This document shows, piece by piece, positions 52,320-64,000 of a DNA stretch of 64,000 bases. The stretch lies in NCBI RefSeq assembly GCF_000315625.1, contig NW_005434551.1, forward strand, positions 32,324 through 96,323, given 5' to 3'. The notes beneath the pieces were generated by a model. The model was not told the DNA's origin and made no database searches. It worked only from the letters and a program-made list of their open reading frames with translations. This DNA comes from Guillardia theta CCMP2712 (Eukaryota; Protista; Cryptophyta). Each line of letters opens with the position of its first letter. Positions within the stretch are counted from its first letter, which is position 1. The position numbers and the translations under genes are program-made.

Positions 52320-53560
52320 TCAAGCTTCATGGATGGAACCCGTGATCGCTCTTGATCGTCGCTCGTAAAGTTGGCATGGATGCCAAAATCTGCATGCAAA
52401 CGTCATACAAGACAACGGCTGCCGGACACAACAAACCTCTTGGGATCCTAGGATTTCAAACATAGATCGCTGCTGGCGCTTTCTCTGGGAGATCCGATCG
52501 CTAGCAGGACGAGGAGCTGGTATGTCGGAGTCCTCGTCCTCGTCTTGTGGTTCAACCTGCTTGTCCTCCAGGAATGAACTCCTCCTACCAGACGCTGCAT
52601 CCCCTGAGCACCTCCAGGTCAACGAGCTGGAGGGACAAGGCAGTAGAAGCTCACAGCTCTTGTTGGAACGTGGACTCTGAGCTTCCAGTGTGCTGTCAGC
52701 TCGTTCGTTTTCTAGGGGCGACATGACGTGCCAATCTCCTTCTTCTGGCAGTGTGTTTGCAGTCAACTGGAGACACAAGTCAGTTGAAGGTGCTGAGAGC
52801 ATTGACAACAGACGAGGGATTTGTGTATGCGAAGTACAAGGAGAGAGAGAGCGATGAGGAGAGAAGCGAGAGACTGAAGGAGACAAGCGTCCTGGAAGGA
52901 AATTCGAAGAGAGAAAAGGGGAAGAAGAGAAGGGCGAATGGGAGGAGAGGTAAAATAACCTTGGCGATGGCTTCATGACCAAAAATATATTCAAGCGACT
53001 CCAGGACATGGTTGGAATAGTTTTCCAACTCATCGGAAATAGATTCTTCAATGTGAGAATGACTCGATTCATGTTTGCGCACGGAGCGTGAGCTATCGTG
53101 GGGGCTTCGTTTGGAGAGCTCAATCTTGGGGCCAAAAACGTCGTTGGCATGAAGGGAAGGTGAATTCAACGGACTAAGAGGCAGGTTTCTTGCGCCATCG
53201 TTCTCAACCACTGTGACGTTTCCAAGATCATCAATGACCACCGATGGGGGCTCGGATGTTTTTGCGGATCTGTAGACACAAGTAAGTACAAAGAAAACAG
53301 GGGCGAGCTTGAAAGGTTGACATATGATTGACGAGAGCTTCGTTCACATTCTTGTAATAAGTGTTCTCAGTTTCGAGCCTTTCTACTTCCATCCTTAGCT
53401 TCTGCAACTTGTAAGACCTGCTTTCTTGCAGGAAGATGTTAAAGACAGCTCGTGCCATTGTACTTCCGTTCTTGTAAGCTTTGAAGGGGATGTAGTAGTA
53501 ACCGGCATCTTCATACAACGCATCTGAGTTCGCCGTTTGTGTTGAGCCCTTGGAGATCAT
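52320..53560 (-). CDS. Hypothetical multi-exon protein with a short coiled coil
   Basis: Exon-like segments: KLQKLRMEVERLETENTYYKNVNEALVNHM; EESISDELENYSNHVLESLEYIFGHEAIAK; EDEDEDSDIPAPRP...RSMFEILG. Confidence 0.4.
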
Positions 53561-55170
53561 CTTCAATCGTCTCAGTCTCTCTCTTCTGTCAAATTTTGCA
53601 CTCAGACAAGCTGCAAACTGTCGGATACACAATGACTCGCCAATACAAAGACAAAGACTACAAATCACTCGCCATTGGGCCAAGACTGTCGGCAGCCTCT
53701 GACTCAGACCGAGTCAATGCTGCTTATCGCCGCCATCACTGCGGGTCACCGGGTCTAACTATTCAATGATTTCCGGTAGTACGGTACTACGGTAACATGG
53801 AATACACGACCGTCGGACTGTCAAACAGTGATGGTCACTCACACGCCATCGTCGACTCTGTCGGCTCCGTCTTCCTCCCACCATCCTTGTTTGTGTTTCT
53901 GCAGCATCAAGACGTGACCGCAGCGTCAAGGTTTGACCTCCCGGGCCGCTCGGCGACGCGGCCCGGCCCGGGCCGCGGCCATTTCAATTAGAATCACTGA
54001 GAGACAGGTCCGCCTCAGTTTGACTCGTTCAGCCCGTTCACCCAACTTGCCGGCGCGGCCGCGCGGCGGGAGTGAGTGATGGCTGGGTGGATGGGGGGGG
54101 GGGGGGCATAGGGTGGTTTTCAAAATTGAAACTTTCAATAAAACTTTCAAAATTATAAATAAATATTAAGTGTAAAAGCTAACATGCTTGAAATGTATTT
54201 GAAATCAGCCCCCTTCATGGGAAACCTCCATTTGAAACGGGTGTACCCTTCCGGGGCTCAGCGAAAAGGTACCAGGGAACGAAAGACTCCAAAGAAGGGG
54301 TACTTTGATAGGAAATGGCAGGGGTATATAGGTGAAACCGGAGGTAGGGGTACGGATCTAATGGGGTGGGGTCAAAATCTAGGCAGTGCATGCTAGTTTC
54401 CGTACAGGACCGTGGGGTGGTAAAATAGTAGGGGTAGGCTACCTCTGTCTGGGTACTATCACCAGCGGAAGTTACGTAAAAGGGGGGGTCATACACGAGA
54501 GAGATTAGTAGGGTTGGTTATTGGTGAAAGTTGGTGGGGTAGTCTAGGGCCCCTCGCTATGGCGAAAGCAGGAGCACTCGAACGATGGCAGACAGATGTT
54601 GAGAGGGGAGGGGAGGGGAGAGAAGGGGAGCAGAGAAGAGCAGGTGGTAACATTGAAAGATTGAAGAAGGAGGAAGAGACATGTCAACATGTATCAGAGC
54701 CGAGCAGAGGAGGAGCGAGAGGAGAGGATCGCAATAGGACGAGGAGTGTGGATGGGGCGTACAAGTGAGTTTTCTTACTAACAGTGGTGCTTATCAGTTT
54801 AAGGTTAGTTTTACTGTAAAGAATCAGAAAAGTTTACTCAAGGAGCCATGAGAATTCTTACGATAGGCTGAAGCAACCACATGGCAGAGAATTTTGATTG
54901 ATACGTGTTTAACGAGTTAATGTCTCTCAACCATTCGGAGGGTCCGGCAGTGGTAATTCAAATGCTAGGATTCATCGATATACAGCTTTATCTGTAGGGG
55001 GCTGATATCGATTGGTGTGATAAGCAGCAGGAGATAGAGTGTCGATGAACGTTTTTGAAAAGCGATGCAATTGCACTAGAAAAATTCTTCGTTTAACTTG
55101 CCCTTCTTTGCGTGTTGATAACTCATATTGCTCTTGCATTGACTATTTCTGCAGTAACTATCTTGACGGC

Positions 55171-56211
55171 ATGGAAGGAGGATCTAGTAGTGCGGCGATG
55201 GAGGTGGAAAAGTCTGAGAGTGCTGCGGTGCGTCCACAGAATGAAGCAACAGGCCAGGATGAGGAGATGAAAGGGGGAGAGGGTGAAAGCACTGCAATCG
55301 ATTCCAAGGCGGAAGATCAGGGAGAACCGAAGGAGTTGACAGAAGCGGCTGAAGGTGAAGACCAGGGTGGTGCAAGCAAGGCTGACGAAGGAACCGGTCT
55401 GAAATTGATGGCGCAATACAAGGTTGCGTGCTTGAACTGTGGAGTTCAACTTTACATTGAGCTGCCGCCGAATTGTGCGAGCTTTCAATGCTGCCAGTGT
55501 CATGCTGTCCACAAAATCCTTCAGCCGGATCCCTCGTTGGCAGCAGGCGACAGTAAGAAAAGGAAGCGGAAAGAGAAGCGAGACAAGAAAGAAGGTGAAC
55601 AGTGCTACCCCTCCTCTCTCTGCATAGCATCGAGATGCTTTTCTTCCTCTGACTTTCTCACGTTCAAAGACAAGGAGCCCCGTGAGCTGTCAGGATACAA
55701 CAAGTTCATGAGGACCCAGCTCAACATCCTCAAGGAGACGAACCCAGAGTTAGGCCACAAGGAGATGTTCAAGCTTGCGACAGAGAAGGTGCGGAGAGGA
55801 GGAGGAGAAAAAGAGAAGACAGGTGGGGGCAAAGTAGCAGAGGGGCCCGAGAGGGGAGGCTGACAGAAGGAGTCGAGGATCGAAGGAGAGTGTCAACAAT
55901 AGCTGAGGAAAGGATGTGGAGAGGAGGCTGAGGTGGGAGGCTGAGGCTAGAGAATGACTATCTTGCAGTGGGCGACCAGTCCTGACAACCCCAAGAATGC
56001 TGCGCCGCAGGGACAGGAGGAAGGCAAGAAGCCCTTGGAAGGCTCGGAAGGCCTGGTGAAAGACGACGAAAATGATGAGGACAAAGATGAGAAGGAGGAG
56101 GAGGACGACGACGACGAAGGGGCAAGCGAGTCTCAAGGAGCCCAAGCGGAAGCGACGGAAGGAGACAAGGAAGCGCTGAAGCCTGTGCAGGTAGGGGCTG
56201 AGAGCTCCTAG
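55171..56211 (+). CDS. C2C2 zinc finger plus YABBY (HMG-like) domain protein (introns 55595-55669 and 55789-55968)
   Basis: VACLNCGVQLYIELPPNCASFQCCQCHAV (Cx2C-x16-Cx2C), a basic NLS-like KKRKRKEKR, then PRELSGYNKFMRTQLNILKETNPELGHKEMFKLATEK|WATSPDNPKN, which fits the YABBY-domain pattern (SAYNxFxxxEIxRIKxxNPxIxHREAFxxAAxNW). Confidence 0.82.
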
Positions 56212-56446
56212 GGCATCGTCACTCCCTGCTCCTCCTTGTTGTGGTCTTTCGCTCTCAGCAGGTCCTCACGTCGGCTTCAGTAGTGCTGCGCTCGCTCCTG
56301 GCGGACAGGATTGAGGCAGGCAGAGGGGGCAGGGAAAAGGAGACGAGGCTGCGAGGAGAGAGGCGGAGAAGATAAAGGGTATAATGAAGGAGAAGAGTAT
56401 GCACACTGAGACAAGCTCGGAGACAGGCCAGTGAGACGAAGGGAGG
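56130..56446 (+). repeat. Left arm of a ~310 bp inverted duplication (3' end and UTR of the YABBY-like gene)
   Basis: Reverse complement of 61577-61889 with only a handful of differences. Confidence 0.93.
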
Positions 56447-57749
56447 AAGGGAAGGGGAGGAAACTTCAGGAGGAAGCAAGGTAGAAGAGGAAGATACTAC
56501 AATCATCATTGTAGAAGGGGGGAGTGGAATGAGGGCTGATGAGAAGTTAGGAAGAATGGCCCGGACTCCTGCAGGTCTAGCTCTACTAGGCTGGGCCGCG
56601 ACGCTAGCCTCAGCTGGACGGACCTGAACGGCGCCGTACCGTACGGTATGGTCGCTGGCTGTCACCGTGGCACGCCGCCGACCCCAGCACCAGCAGTGAC
56701 GGTGCAGTGCCACCGGGGGTTCAACTTGCAAGACGGTGACTGTGGCCCAGTGGCGTGCTACGCCGGACGGTGGCCGTCGGTGCCCCGCCACCGTGAGCCT
56801 CGGAGGCCGGCCCGAATCATCGGCCAGTCCGCCGGACGGCCAATGTGATCGGACCGCATTCGAGCCAATCCGATACCACTGCCGGGGTACAGGCGAGGCC
56901 CGGTTCAACTTCAGTCAGTGCGGCGGCCGGGCGGCCGCCGCGTGTGCCCGGCACCGCCGTGGCAGCGGGCGGCCGCCGGGCCGGCGTGAACTCACTGAGT
57001 CAGTTCGGAAGCCTTGAAGCCTAGCCCGGCCGCCATCCGGACCGTTAGGCCCGGCCGCGCAGGCGGCTCGGCCCGGGAGCCGCCGCCGGGGCCGCCACAC
57101 TGACAGGCTTGACAGTAGCCTAGTAGTCACGCGGCGGCCAGCGCTGAGCGACTCTGAGCCGAGAGTCACACATGACGAGATTTGAGATTTTTAAATCTTG
57201 AAGTAAACATTGAAAACTTCTCTTTTCGATATCTAGAAGCTCCCGGGATTCGGGAAGGGACGTCACGTGCCTTCCAGCTGAATTTGAAGGGTCAAACATG
57301 AACATCTGTTATTAAATTTGAAAATACATCTGAAGCAATTATTCAGTTTTTCAGTTATCTACCAAAACCTGGATTGAATCTCACAGTATCAGTTTAAACT
57401 TACATCGGAATATTTCGCAAATTGGACATCCGAAATCTCGGATACAATTTGCTCTCGTGCGTGTAAAAAAGAAACTCGATTCTCAGGGGCATGGATCACT
57501 ACGGGTACTTTATCACTACTAAGTAGGGGTACTTAAAGCTGTTGCAAGAGTCCATCCCTTCACGAGTCTCAAAACTACAGAAAGGGATCCTCCACCCCAC
57601 CCCCTATTACCTAATGTTCTGCTGCTCAAAGGTACCCCTTCTTTCATATACCTACCCCCCCATGATATCCAAACGCACCGGGTGGTCTCCCTTGTATGGG
57701 ACTCTATTAAAACCTGCTCCCGCCCTCCCTGCCCCACTCACTCGCTGCG

Positions 57750-60700
57750 ATGGCGTCGGTTGCTGCTGCTCCTACTGCTGATGCTCCTGTCGATCAGAAG
57801 ACTCTCCCCAAGACTCTCAGTTTCGACAATGTGGAGTTCATGTCCGCCAACATGACGGGATCCTCCGTCGATCCCAAGGCAGCTTCCTCTATCTCTGAGG
57901 CCCTCTCCGCCCTCGGAGGTAAGGCTGGCAACGACGCCATCAAGGCCGGAGCTGAGCTCGGCCAGCTCGTCAAGGCTGCGGGTGTGAAGGCGTTTGTGGA
58001 GTGTGGGGTCGTCGAGCACCTCCACAAGCTCATTGAGGACCGCAGCACCGCCGAGCCCGCGCTCTATGCCGTCAAGGGATGCGCCGAGGCTGTCGGTGCT
58101 AAGGCCGAGCCCTTCCTCGTGCCCTTCATCGCTCCGATCCTCTCGTGCGTGGCGGACAAGAAGAAGGCTGAGGTCCGCGCTGCCGCTGAGGCTGCCGGCC
58201 CTGCCATCATCGAGATCGTCTGCCCTCAGGCGATCAAGAACGTGCAGGGCATGCTCTTCGCGGGCATCGCCGAGACCAACTGGCAGACCAAGATGTGGTC
58301 CCTCCGCCTCCTCGGGCAGCTCGCCGAGAAGTCGCAGGTTCCTTTCTCCCGCTCCCTCTACCAGGTCATGCCTGTTGTCTCCGCCGCCATGTGGGACAGC
58401 AAGAAGGACGTGAAGGATGCTGCCGAGTACGCTACCCTCAAGGCCATGGAGACTTGCCAGAACAGGGATATCCGTCCCTTCATCCCTGCTGTCATCCAGT
58501 CCATCAAGAACCCTGAGGAGATCCCCGAGACTCTCCACAAGCTCTCCTCCACCGTCTTCGTGCAGTCGGTCGACAACCCTGCGCTCTCCATCACCGTTCC
58601 TATCCTCATGCGTGGCTGCAACGAGAAGAAGATCGAGTCGAAGCGCCGTGTCTGCGTCATCGCCGACAACATGTGCAAGCTCATCGACTATGCGCACGAG
58701 GCCACCACCTTCCTTCCCGAGCTCCTACCCGCCATCGAGCGCCTCTCCTCTGAGATGTCTGACCCCGAGGCCCGATCTGTGGCTGCCCGCGCCCTCAAGA
58801 CTCTCAAGAACATCAAGGAGAGCGCCGAGGCCTTCGAGGCGTCAAAGAAGATGGAGCCTGAGGACGTGCTCAAGGTCCTCGAGGAGGCCATCACCGCCAA
58901 CGTCCCGGGCACGAAGCTCGACGACAAGACTTTCCGGGTGTCGCTGGAGTACGTCGCCTGCCTGCTGTCTGGCATGATCGATGGGATGCTGTTCGAGGAG
59001 GAGCAGTGGAAGTTCGAGGGCGTCTGCCCCTACCTTGCTCCCTTCATGCCGCAGGCTGACGCCGAGGCCGTCTGCAAGGCCGTGTACGCCCAGTGCTACA
59101 AGGCTTGCGTGCCCAAGGACGCGGCTGAGGACGAGGATGATGAGGGAGAGGATCTGTGCAACTGCGAGTTCTCCCTCGGTTACGGAGCCAAGATCCTGCT
59201 CAACAACACCCGCCTTCACTTGAAGCGCGGCAAGCGCTATGGCGTGTGCGGGCACAACGGATGCGGCAAGTCGACCCTGATGAAGGCAATCGCCAACGGG
59301 CAGGTTGAGAACTTCCCTCCTCCCGACGTGCTCAAGACCGTGTACGTGGAGCACGACATCCAGGGCGACCTGTCGGACCTCAACATCGTCGACTACGTGT
59401 GCAAGCTTGTCCCTGAGAGGTCCAGGGATGACATCATCTCCAAGTTGGACGAGTTCGGCTTCAAGGCTGACGACTCCTCCCCTGCCAACATCAACGCCTG
59501 CATCTCGGGCCTCTCCGGAGGGTGGAAGATGAAGCTCGCGCTCTGCCGCGCTATCTTGATGAACGCGGACATCCTCCTCCTCGACGAGCCGACCAACCAC
59601 TTGGACGTCAAGAACGTGGCATGGCTGGAGAACTTCTTGACGAGCCAGGACAAGGTTACCTCCCTCATCATCACTCACGACTCCGGCTTCCTTGACCGTG
59701 TGGTCACCCACATCATCCACTACGAGGAGAACCGCAAGCTCAAGAACTACAAGGGCAACTTGTCCGCCTTCGTCAAGCGCGTGCCCAGGGCCAAGACCTA
59801 CTACGAGCTCAGTGATGAGAACATCAGCTTCACCTTCCCCGAGCCCGGCCTCCTCGACGGCATCAAGTCCAAGGGCAAGGCGATCATCAAGATGGACCGC
59901 TGCACCTACACCTACCCAGGGCGCGACAAGCCCACGGTCCGCAACATCACTCTGCAGGCGTCGTTGTCTTCCAGGGTTGCGGTTGTCGGACCCAACGGAG
60001 CTGGCAAGTCGACCATCATCAAGATGTTCTGCGGGGAGACGAAGCCGACCGAGGGCACCGTGTGGCGCCACCAGAACATGCGCGTCGCCTACGTTGCTCA
60101 GCACGCGTTCCATCACTTGGAGAACCACCTTGACCAGACGCCAAACGAGTACATCCAGTGGAGGTACAGCTCGGGCGAGGACAGGGAGGCCAACGAGCAG
60201 GAGGCGAGGAAGATGACCAAGGAGGAGGAGGACAACCTCGAGAAGGTCCACGTCATCCGCAACGACGACGGTACCGTCGAGAAGCGTATCATCGAGGCGC
60301 TGAGGTCTCGCCGCAAGACGAAGCGCTCCTACGAGTACGAGGTCAAGTGGCTCAACAAGTCGGAGGAGAACAACTCCTGGATCGAGCGCGAGAAGCTCGA
60401 GGAGATGGGATGGGCTAAGATGGTCCAGCGCCTCGACCAGCAGGAGGCGCTCAGGGCTGGGCTTGCCAGCCGCCCGCTCACCACCAAGTTTGTTGAGAAG
60501 CAGCTCGGCGACATGGGCCTGGAGGCTGAGTTTGCTACTCACTCTCGCATCCGAGGCTTGTCGGGAGGACAGAAGGTCAAGGTGGTGATCGCTGGTGCTA
60601 TGTGGAACAATCCTCATATCCTGGTTATGGACGAGCCCACCAACTACCTCGACCGCGACTCCCTCGGGGCCTTGGCTGGAGCCATCCGCAAGTACGGAGG

Positions 60701-60983
60701 AGGCGTCGTTCTTATCTCCCACAACCGCGAGTTCACCGAGGCTCTCTGCCCCGAGCGCTGGGTTGTTGAGAATGGAGAGCTGCGGCGCGAGGGAGAGGTT
60801 GCCGCGGATGAGAAGATTGACGCGAGCGCCAACGAGGCTCCTGACGAGGTGATGGACTCGCTCGGCAACGTGATCAAGGTGAAGAAGGAGAAGAAGCTGT
60901 CTGCTCGCGATCAGAAGAAGCTTGAGAAGAAGAAGGCTCAGCGAAGAGCCGCCGGCCTCCCCTCCGACTCCGAGGAAGATTAA
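57750..60983 (+). CDS. eEF3: Translation elongation factor eEF3 (HEAT repeats, ABC1, ABC2 with chromodomain insertion); intronless, 1077 aa
   Basis: HEAT region (NWQTKMWSL, MWDSKKDVK, NRDIRPFIP). EGEDLCNCEFSLGYGAKILLN. ABC1 motifs GHNGCGKST, LSGGWKMKL, LLDEPTNHLD. ABC2 motif GPNGAGKST with chromo insert RRKTKRSYEYEVKW, then LSGGQKVK and DEPTNYLD. Basic tail KKKAQRR...DSEED. Confidence 0.97.
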   Translation: MASVAAAPTADAPVDQKTLPKTLSFDNVEFMSANMTGSSVDPKAASSISEALSALGGKAGNDAIKAGAELGQLVKAAGVKAFVECGVVEHLHKLIEDRSTAEPALYAVKGCAEAVGAKAEPFLVPFIAPILSCVADKKKAEVRAAAEAAGPAIIEIVCPQAIKNVQGMLFAGIAETNWQTKMWSLRLLGQLAEKSQVPFSRSLYQVMPVVSAAMWDSKKDVKDAAEYATLKAMETCQNRDIRPFIPAVIQSIKNPEEIPETLHKLSSTVFVQSVDNPALSITVPILMRGCNEKKIESKRRVCVIADNMCKLIDYAHEATTFLPELLPAIERLSSEMSDPEARSVAARALKTLKNIKESAEAFEASKKMEPEDVLKVLEEAITANVPGTKLDDKTFRVSLEYVACLLSGMIDGMLFEEEQWKFEGVCPYLAPFMPQADAEAVCKAVYAQCYKACVPKDAAEDEDDEGEDLCNCEFSLGYGAKILLNNTRLHLKRGKRYGVCGHNGCGKSTLMKAIANGQVENFPPPDVLKTVYVEHDIQGDLSDLNIVDYVCKLVPERSRDDIISKLDEFGFKADDSSPANINACISGLSGGWKMKLALCRAILMNADILLLDEPTNHLDVKNVAWLENFLTSQDKVTSLIITHDSGFLDRVVTHIIHYEENRKLKNYKGNLSAFVKRVPRAKTYYELSDENISFTFPEPGLLDGIKSKGKAIIKMDRCTYTYPGRDKPTVRNITLQASLSSRVAVVGPNGAGKSTIIKMFCGETKPTEGTVWRHQNMRVAYVAQHAFHHLENHLDQTPNEYIQWRYSSGEDREANEQEARKMTKEEEDNLEKVHVIRNDDGTVEKRIIEALRSRRKTKRSYEYEVKWLNKSEENNSWIEREKLEEMGWAKMVQRLDQQEALRAGLASRPLTTKFVEKQLGDMGLEAEFATHSRIRGLSGGQKVKVVIAGAMWNNPHILVMDEPTNYLDRDSLGALAGAIRKYGGGVVLISHNREFTEALCPERWVVENGELRREGEVAADEKIDASANEAPDEVMDSLGNVIKVKKEKKLSARDQKKLEKKKAQRRAAGLPSDSEED

Positions 60984-61576
60984 GACGAAGGCTGCTGCTA
61001 GCGTATCCTTCATGATGCAATAAAGTACTTGCTCTGCTACAATTCTGCTTGTCCTTTCCTTTGAGCTTCACTTGTCAGTGAAACCTTGTACGTCTCAATC
61101 ATCATCACAGTGGTTTGCTTTCGCTCTCCTTCTCTGGCATCTTCCTCCTGTGCTCTGACTGTTTGATGTTTCTTCTGTATGTTTGCCCTGTCGCTTTTAT
61201 CGTCTGCTCAACTCTACTCACATCCCTCTCCCCAACATCTTCATCCTCATACTCTCAGTCGATCGCCTTCGCCCTACAGGCCAAGAGGGGTGGGTGGATA
61301 AAGCCGAAGTGAGATGCAAGCAGGGAAGGCAGGGAAGGTGAGGGAAGGGAAAGGAAAGGGAGGGGGAGGTAGGGAAGAGAAGGAAGGGAAGGGGAGGGAA
61401 GAGACGGAGAGCGAAGGGAAGGGGAGGCTGGCTGGCTGGCTGGCTGGCTGGCAGTTGAGGTTGGAGGGAGGGAGGCGAGGGGAAGGTCGAGGAGGGGAGT
61501 GCGAGAAAAGAGAAAAACTTACGAGAAATAAAAAGAAACCAACAAGGAACAGCTCATCATTGTCACCCTCTCCTCC

Positions 61577-61889
61577 CCTCCCCTCGTCTCACTGGCCTGT
61601 CTCCGAGCTTGTTTCAGTGTGCATACTCTTCTCCTTCATTATACCCTTTATCTTCTCCGCCTCTCTCCTCGCAGCCTCGTCTCCCTTTCCCTGCCCCCTC
61701 TGCCTGCCTCCATCCTGTCCGCCAGGAGCGAGCGCAGCACTACTAGAGCCGACGTGAGGACCTGCTGAGAGCGAAAGACCACAACAAGGAGGAGCAGGGA
61801 GTGACGATGCCCTAGGAGCTCTCAGCCCCTACCTGCACAGGCTTCAGCGCTTCCTTGTCTCCTTCCGTCGCTTCCGCTTGGGCTGAGAC
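61577..61889 (-). repeat. Right arm of the ~310 bp inverted duplication
   Basis: CTCGTCTCACTGGCCTGTCTCCGAGCTTG...CTTCCGTCGCTTCCGCTTGGGCT is the reverse complement of 56139-56440. Confidence 0.93.
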
Positions 61890-62799
61890 CCTCCTCCTCT
61901 TTTTCTTCCTCCTCCTCCTCCTCCTCCTCCTCCTCTCCTGCTTCTCCTGCTTCTCCTGTTTCCCGTTTGTCAGCATCGTCTCTAGCTTCATACTTCCCTG
62001 CCCCTGTCCAGTTCTTCTTGCTCCTTCATCCTCACTTCAGTGTCTCCGTCCTGTCTTAGCTTCTTGTTGTCCTCAAGTCTGGTCTGCTACCGCAGAGTCT
62101 TCTCCTTCACAAACTCTTCTCCCCTTCATGGAGCCCTCGTCTCCCTCACTTCTATCCCCTTCGAACTTTCCCCGCCCTGCTCCCCCCCCCCCCCGCCCGC
62201 CCCCCACCTTCCCTCAATCGAAATTCATCCTCTTTTGTCACAGATCATCGAACGAATTACCTTGCGGTGCGTGGATAATTGAATAGGTGGAATATCTCAA
62301 CAGTCATTCTCGGCAAAGATGTATCGTATCGTTTGGAAGACGAGAAGGGCGAGCGCGAGGAGTATTGATAAATCAGAGCGAAGAAATCCAAGATAAGAAA
62401 AGTCGAGGACGAGGAGGACAAAGTTATGTTGACTGGGAGGAGGTGGCGAGGCAGGAAGGGGGAGAAGTAATGTAACAATGTAGTAGGAAGGAGAAGAAAG
62501 GACCAGAGGTCTATGCGACGTCGGGAGGGAAAGGGGGACGGAAGAGGCAAACGAGGTTGTGTGTCGGGAGGAGAAGGGAGGGGGGAAGGGGCCTGATGTT
62601 TAGAGTTCACAGTAGAATCCAGCTCATGATGCAAGGTCCAACTCTTCCTCCCTCCGTCCGACCGTTTCCTTCTACCCCTCCTATCCCTCCCTCCCCTCCC
62701 TCCCTCCCTCCCTCCTTCCCTCCCTCCCTCCCTCCCTCCCTCCCTCCCTCCCTCCCACTTGCTCTCGTGGTCTGTTCTGTCGGGGCGACGGCCAAGGAG

Positions 62800-62840
62800 C
62801 TGATTGTCCTCGTACTGATGTTTCACTTAACTTTGAGTAA
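62800..62840 (+). repeat. Third copy of the 40-nt dispersed motif
   Basis: CTGATTGTCCTCGTACTGATGTTTCACTTAACTTTGAGTAA. Confidence 0.85.
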
Positions 62841-64000
62841 AAGAAAACGAGAGGGCCGGCGGTCCCTCTGCCTCCGACGGCCAATCACTGAGGGGATGTG
62901 GTCATCCGGTTTCGCGGTACACATAGGCCACAACGCCCCTTGGTAAGTGTGGGCAGGCGCGACGAGGAAGGAAGGGGTACAGGGGAGGTGTAGTGGAAAA
63001 AGAGGGGTGGTAGAAACAGAATGGATCTAGCAAGGGGAACCAGATACCATAGGTAGGAGATAGAGACAAATTTAATAGTGACAGACATATGGAATATGAA
63101 AGCATTGACTATGATTAATACACTCTACTCGACACAGGATTGTGCTTAGGGGTGGTCCCAAAGAAGGTCAAAGGTGGGGTAGGCGGTGACGTTGCTACTG
63201 GAGATCCCGCCAGATCAGCACAGGTATATTTCACAAGGAGTTTACAATACTCATACCAAAATTTGAAAATACAAGATTTATACGAATTTTTATTCGGGGA
63301 CCTTTGAACATTGACACCTTCCAAGCAGGTCCCTAGCATGTTTGAACATGGGTGGGTGTGGAGTAAGGATTAGATTCGAAGGTATGGTACTGTACTTCAA
63401 AGAAACAATGAATAAGATACTAATAGATTTCCTCTATCCCTTGACCCTGGCAATCTGCCATTCCATCCAGGTCTATTCTTCCTTTCTTCCTTGCCCTACA
63501 GACCACCCACCAGCTACCTCTCGGAATGACCACCCCACCTCCTTTAAAATTGACCCTACCCTGGACGTGGCAGATCCCAAGTGACTACGCCTGATGTGTG
63601 TGGTACAGGAGGTGGGGTCATGGGTATGAGGATTTGTATTGGGGTGGGATAGTGTCTCTGTTTACTTTCATGAAGGTAATATGATGCCTAATATCATCCT
63701 TAGCTCATTCAAATATTATTGCAGCTAGAGGTAGTCTTACGGAAGTCCAAAAGTTTGCTTGGATTGGGGTGGGGGTCATGGGTCAGTGCAAGGGTGAGGG
63801 TGGGGCGTATTGTGTCCAAAGCCGTCGTAGAGGACCCTACCAATCTTTTTGGACTACCCCACCTACAGACAAACCCATAACCCCCGTCTTTTACTTTTCT
63901 CCAGGGGGTGGAGTACCCCTTTAAAAAGATTTTTTTAATTTTCCCGCCGTCCTGGCAAACTCGTGACCCCCTACCCCACCCCTCTCGGCCAACCTCTGGG

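Noticed and set aside
47279-60983. eIF4G and eEF3 as a translation gene cluster
   Set aside because: Separated by three unrelated genes. Proximity is compatible with chance.
57738-61013. 319-aa and 723-aa minus-strand ORFs
   Set aside because: Antisense shadows of GC3-biased eEF3.

Overview
Eukaryotic nuclear DNA, gene-dense and GC-rich, with many short GT-AG introns often filled with CT/CCT or GA low-complexity tracts, and two N gaps (13439-14318, 35894-35993). The style suggests the cryptophyte Guillardia theta or a close relative; this is an inference, not a database match. Recognisable genes: a Sas10/Utp3-domain protein with signal peptide plus LRLRGG, a triple Tudor-like protein, a FAM21/WASHC2-like LF-acidic-motif protein, a SAC3/GANP THP3/LENG8-like protein, ARL13, two LRR proteins, eIF4G (PAM2-like motifs, MIF4G, MA3), a C2C2-zinc-finger plus YABBY-domain protein, and an intronless eEF3. 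The largest element is a ~14.6 kb, ~18-intron gene for a secreted protein of ~3,700-3,800 aa, built of 23 tandem ~120-aa repeats I cannot assign to a family, followed by two IPT/TIG-like domains. Most notable observations: (1) two divergent genes share a signal peptide plus ubiquitin-tail-like (L)RLRGG/LRGG leader, one fused to a nucleolar factor, suggesting periplastid/nucleomorph targeting with DUB-like processing; (2) the giant repeat protein; (3) a YABBY-architecture protein outside plants; (4) a minisatellite that expanded from one copy to ~23 inside a duplicated exon fragment; (5) a ~310 bp inverted duplication bracketing eEF3; (6) a recurrent intergenic sequence pattern and a 40-nt dispersed motif. 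Exon boundaries were inferred by eye and are approximate.
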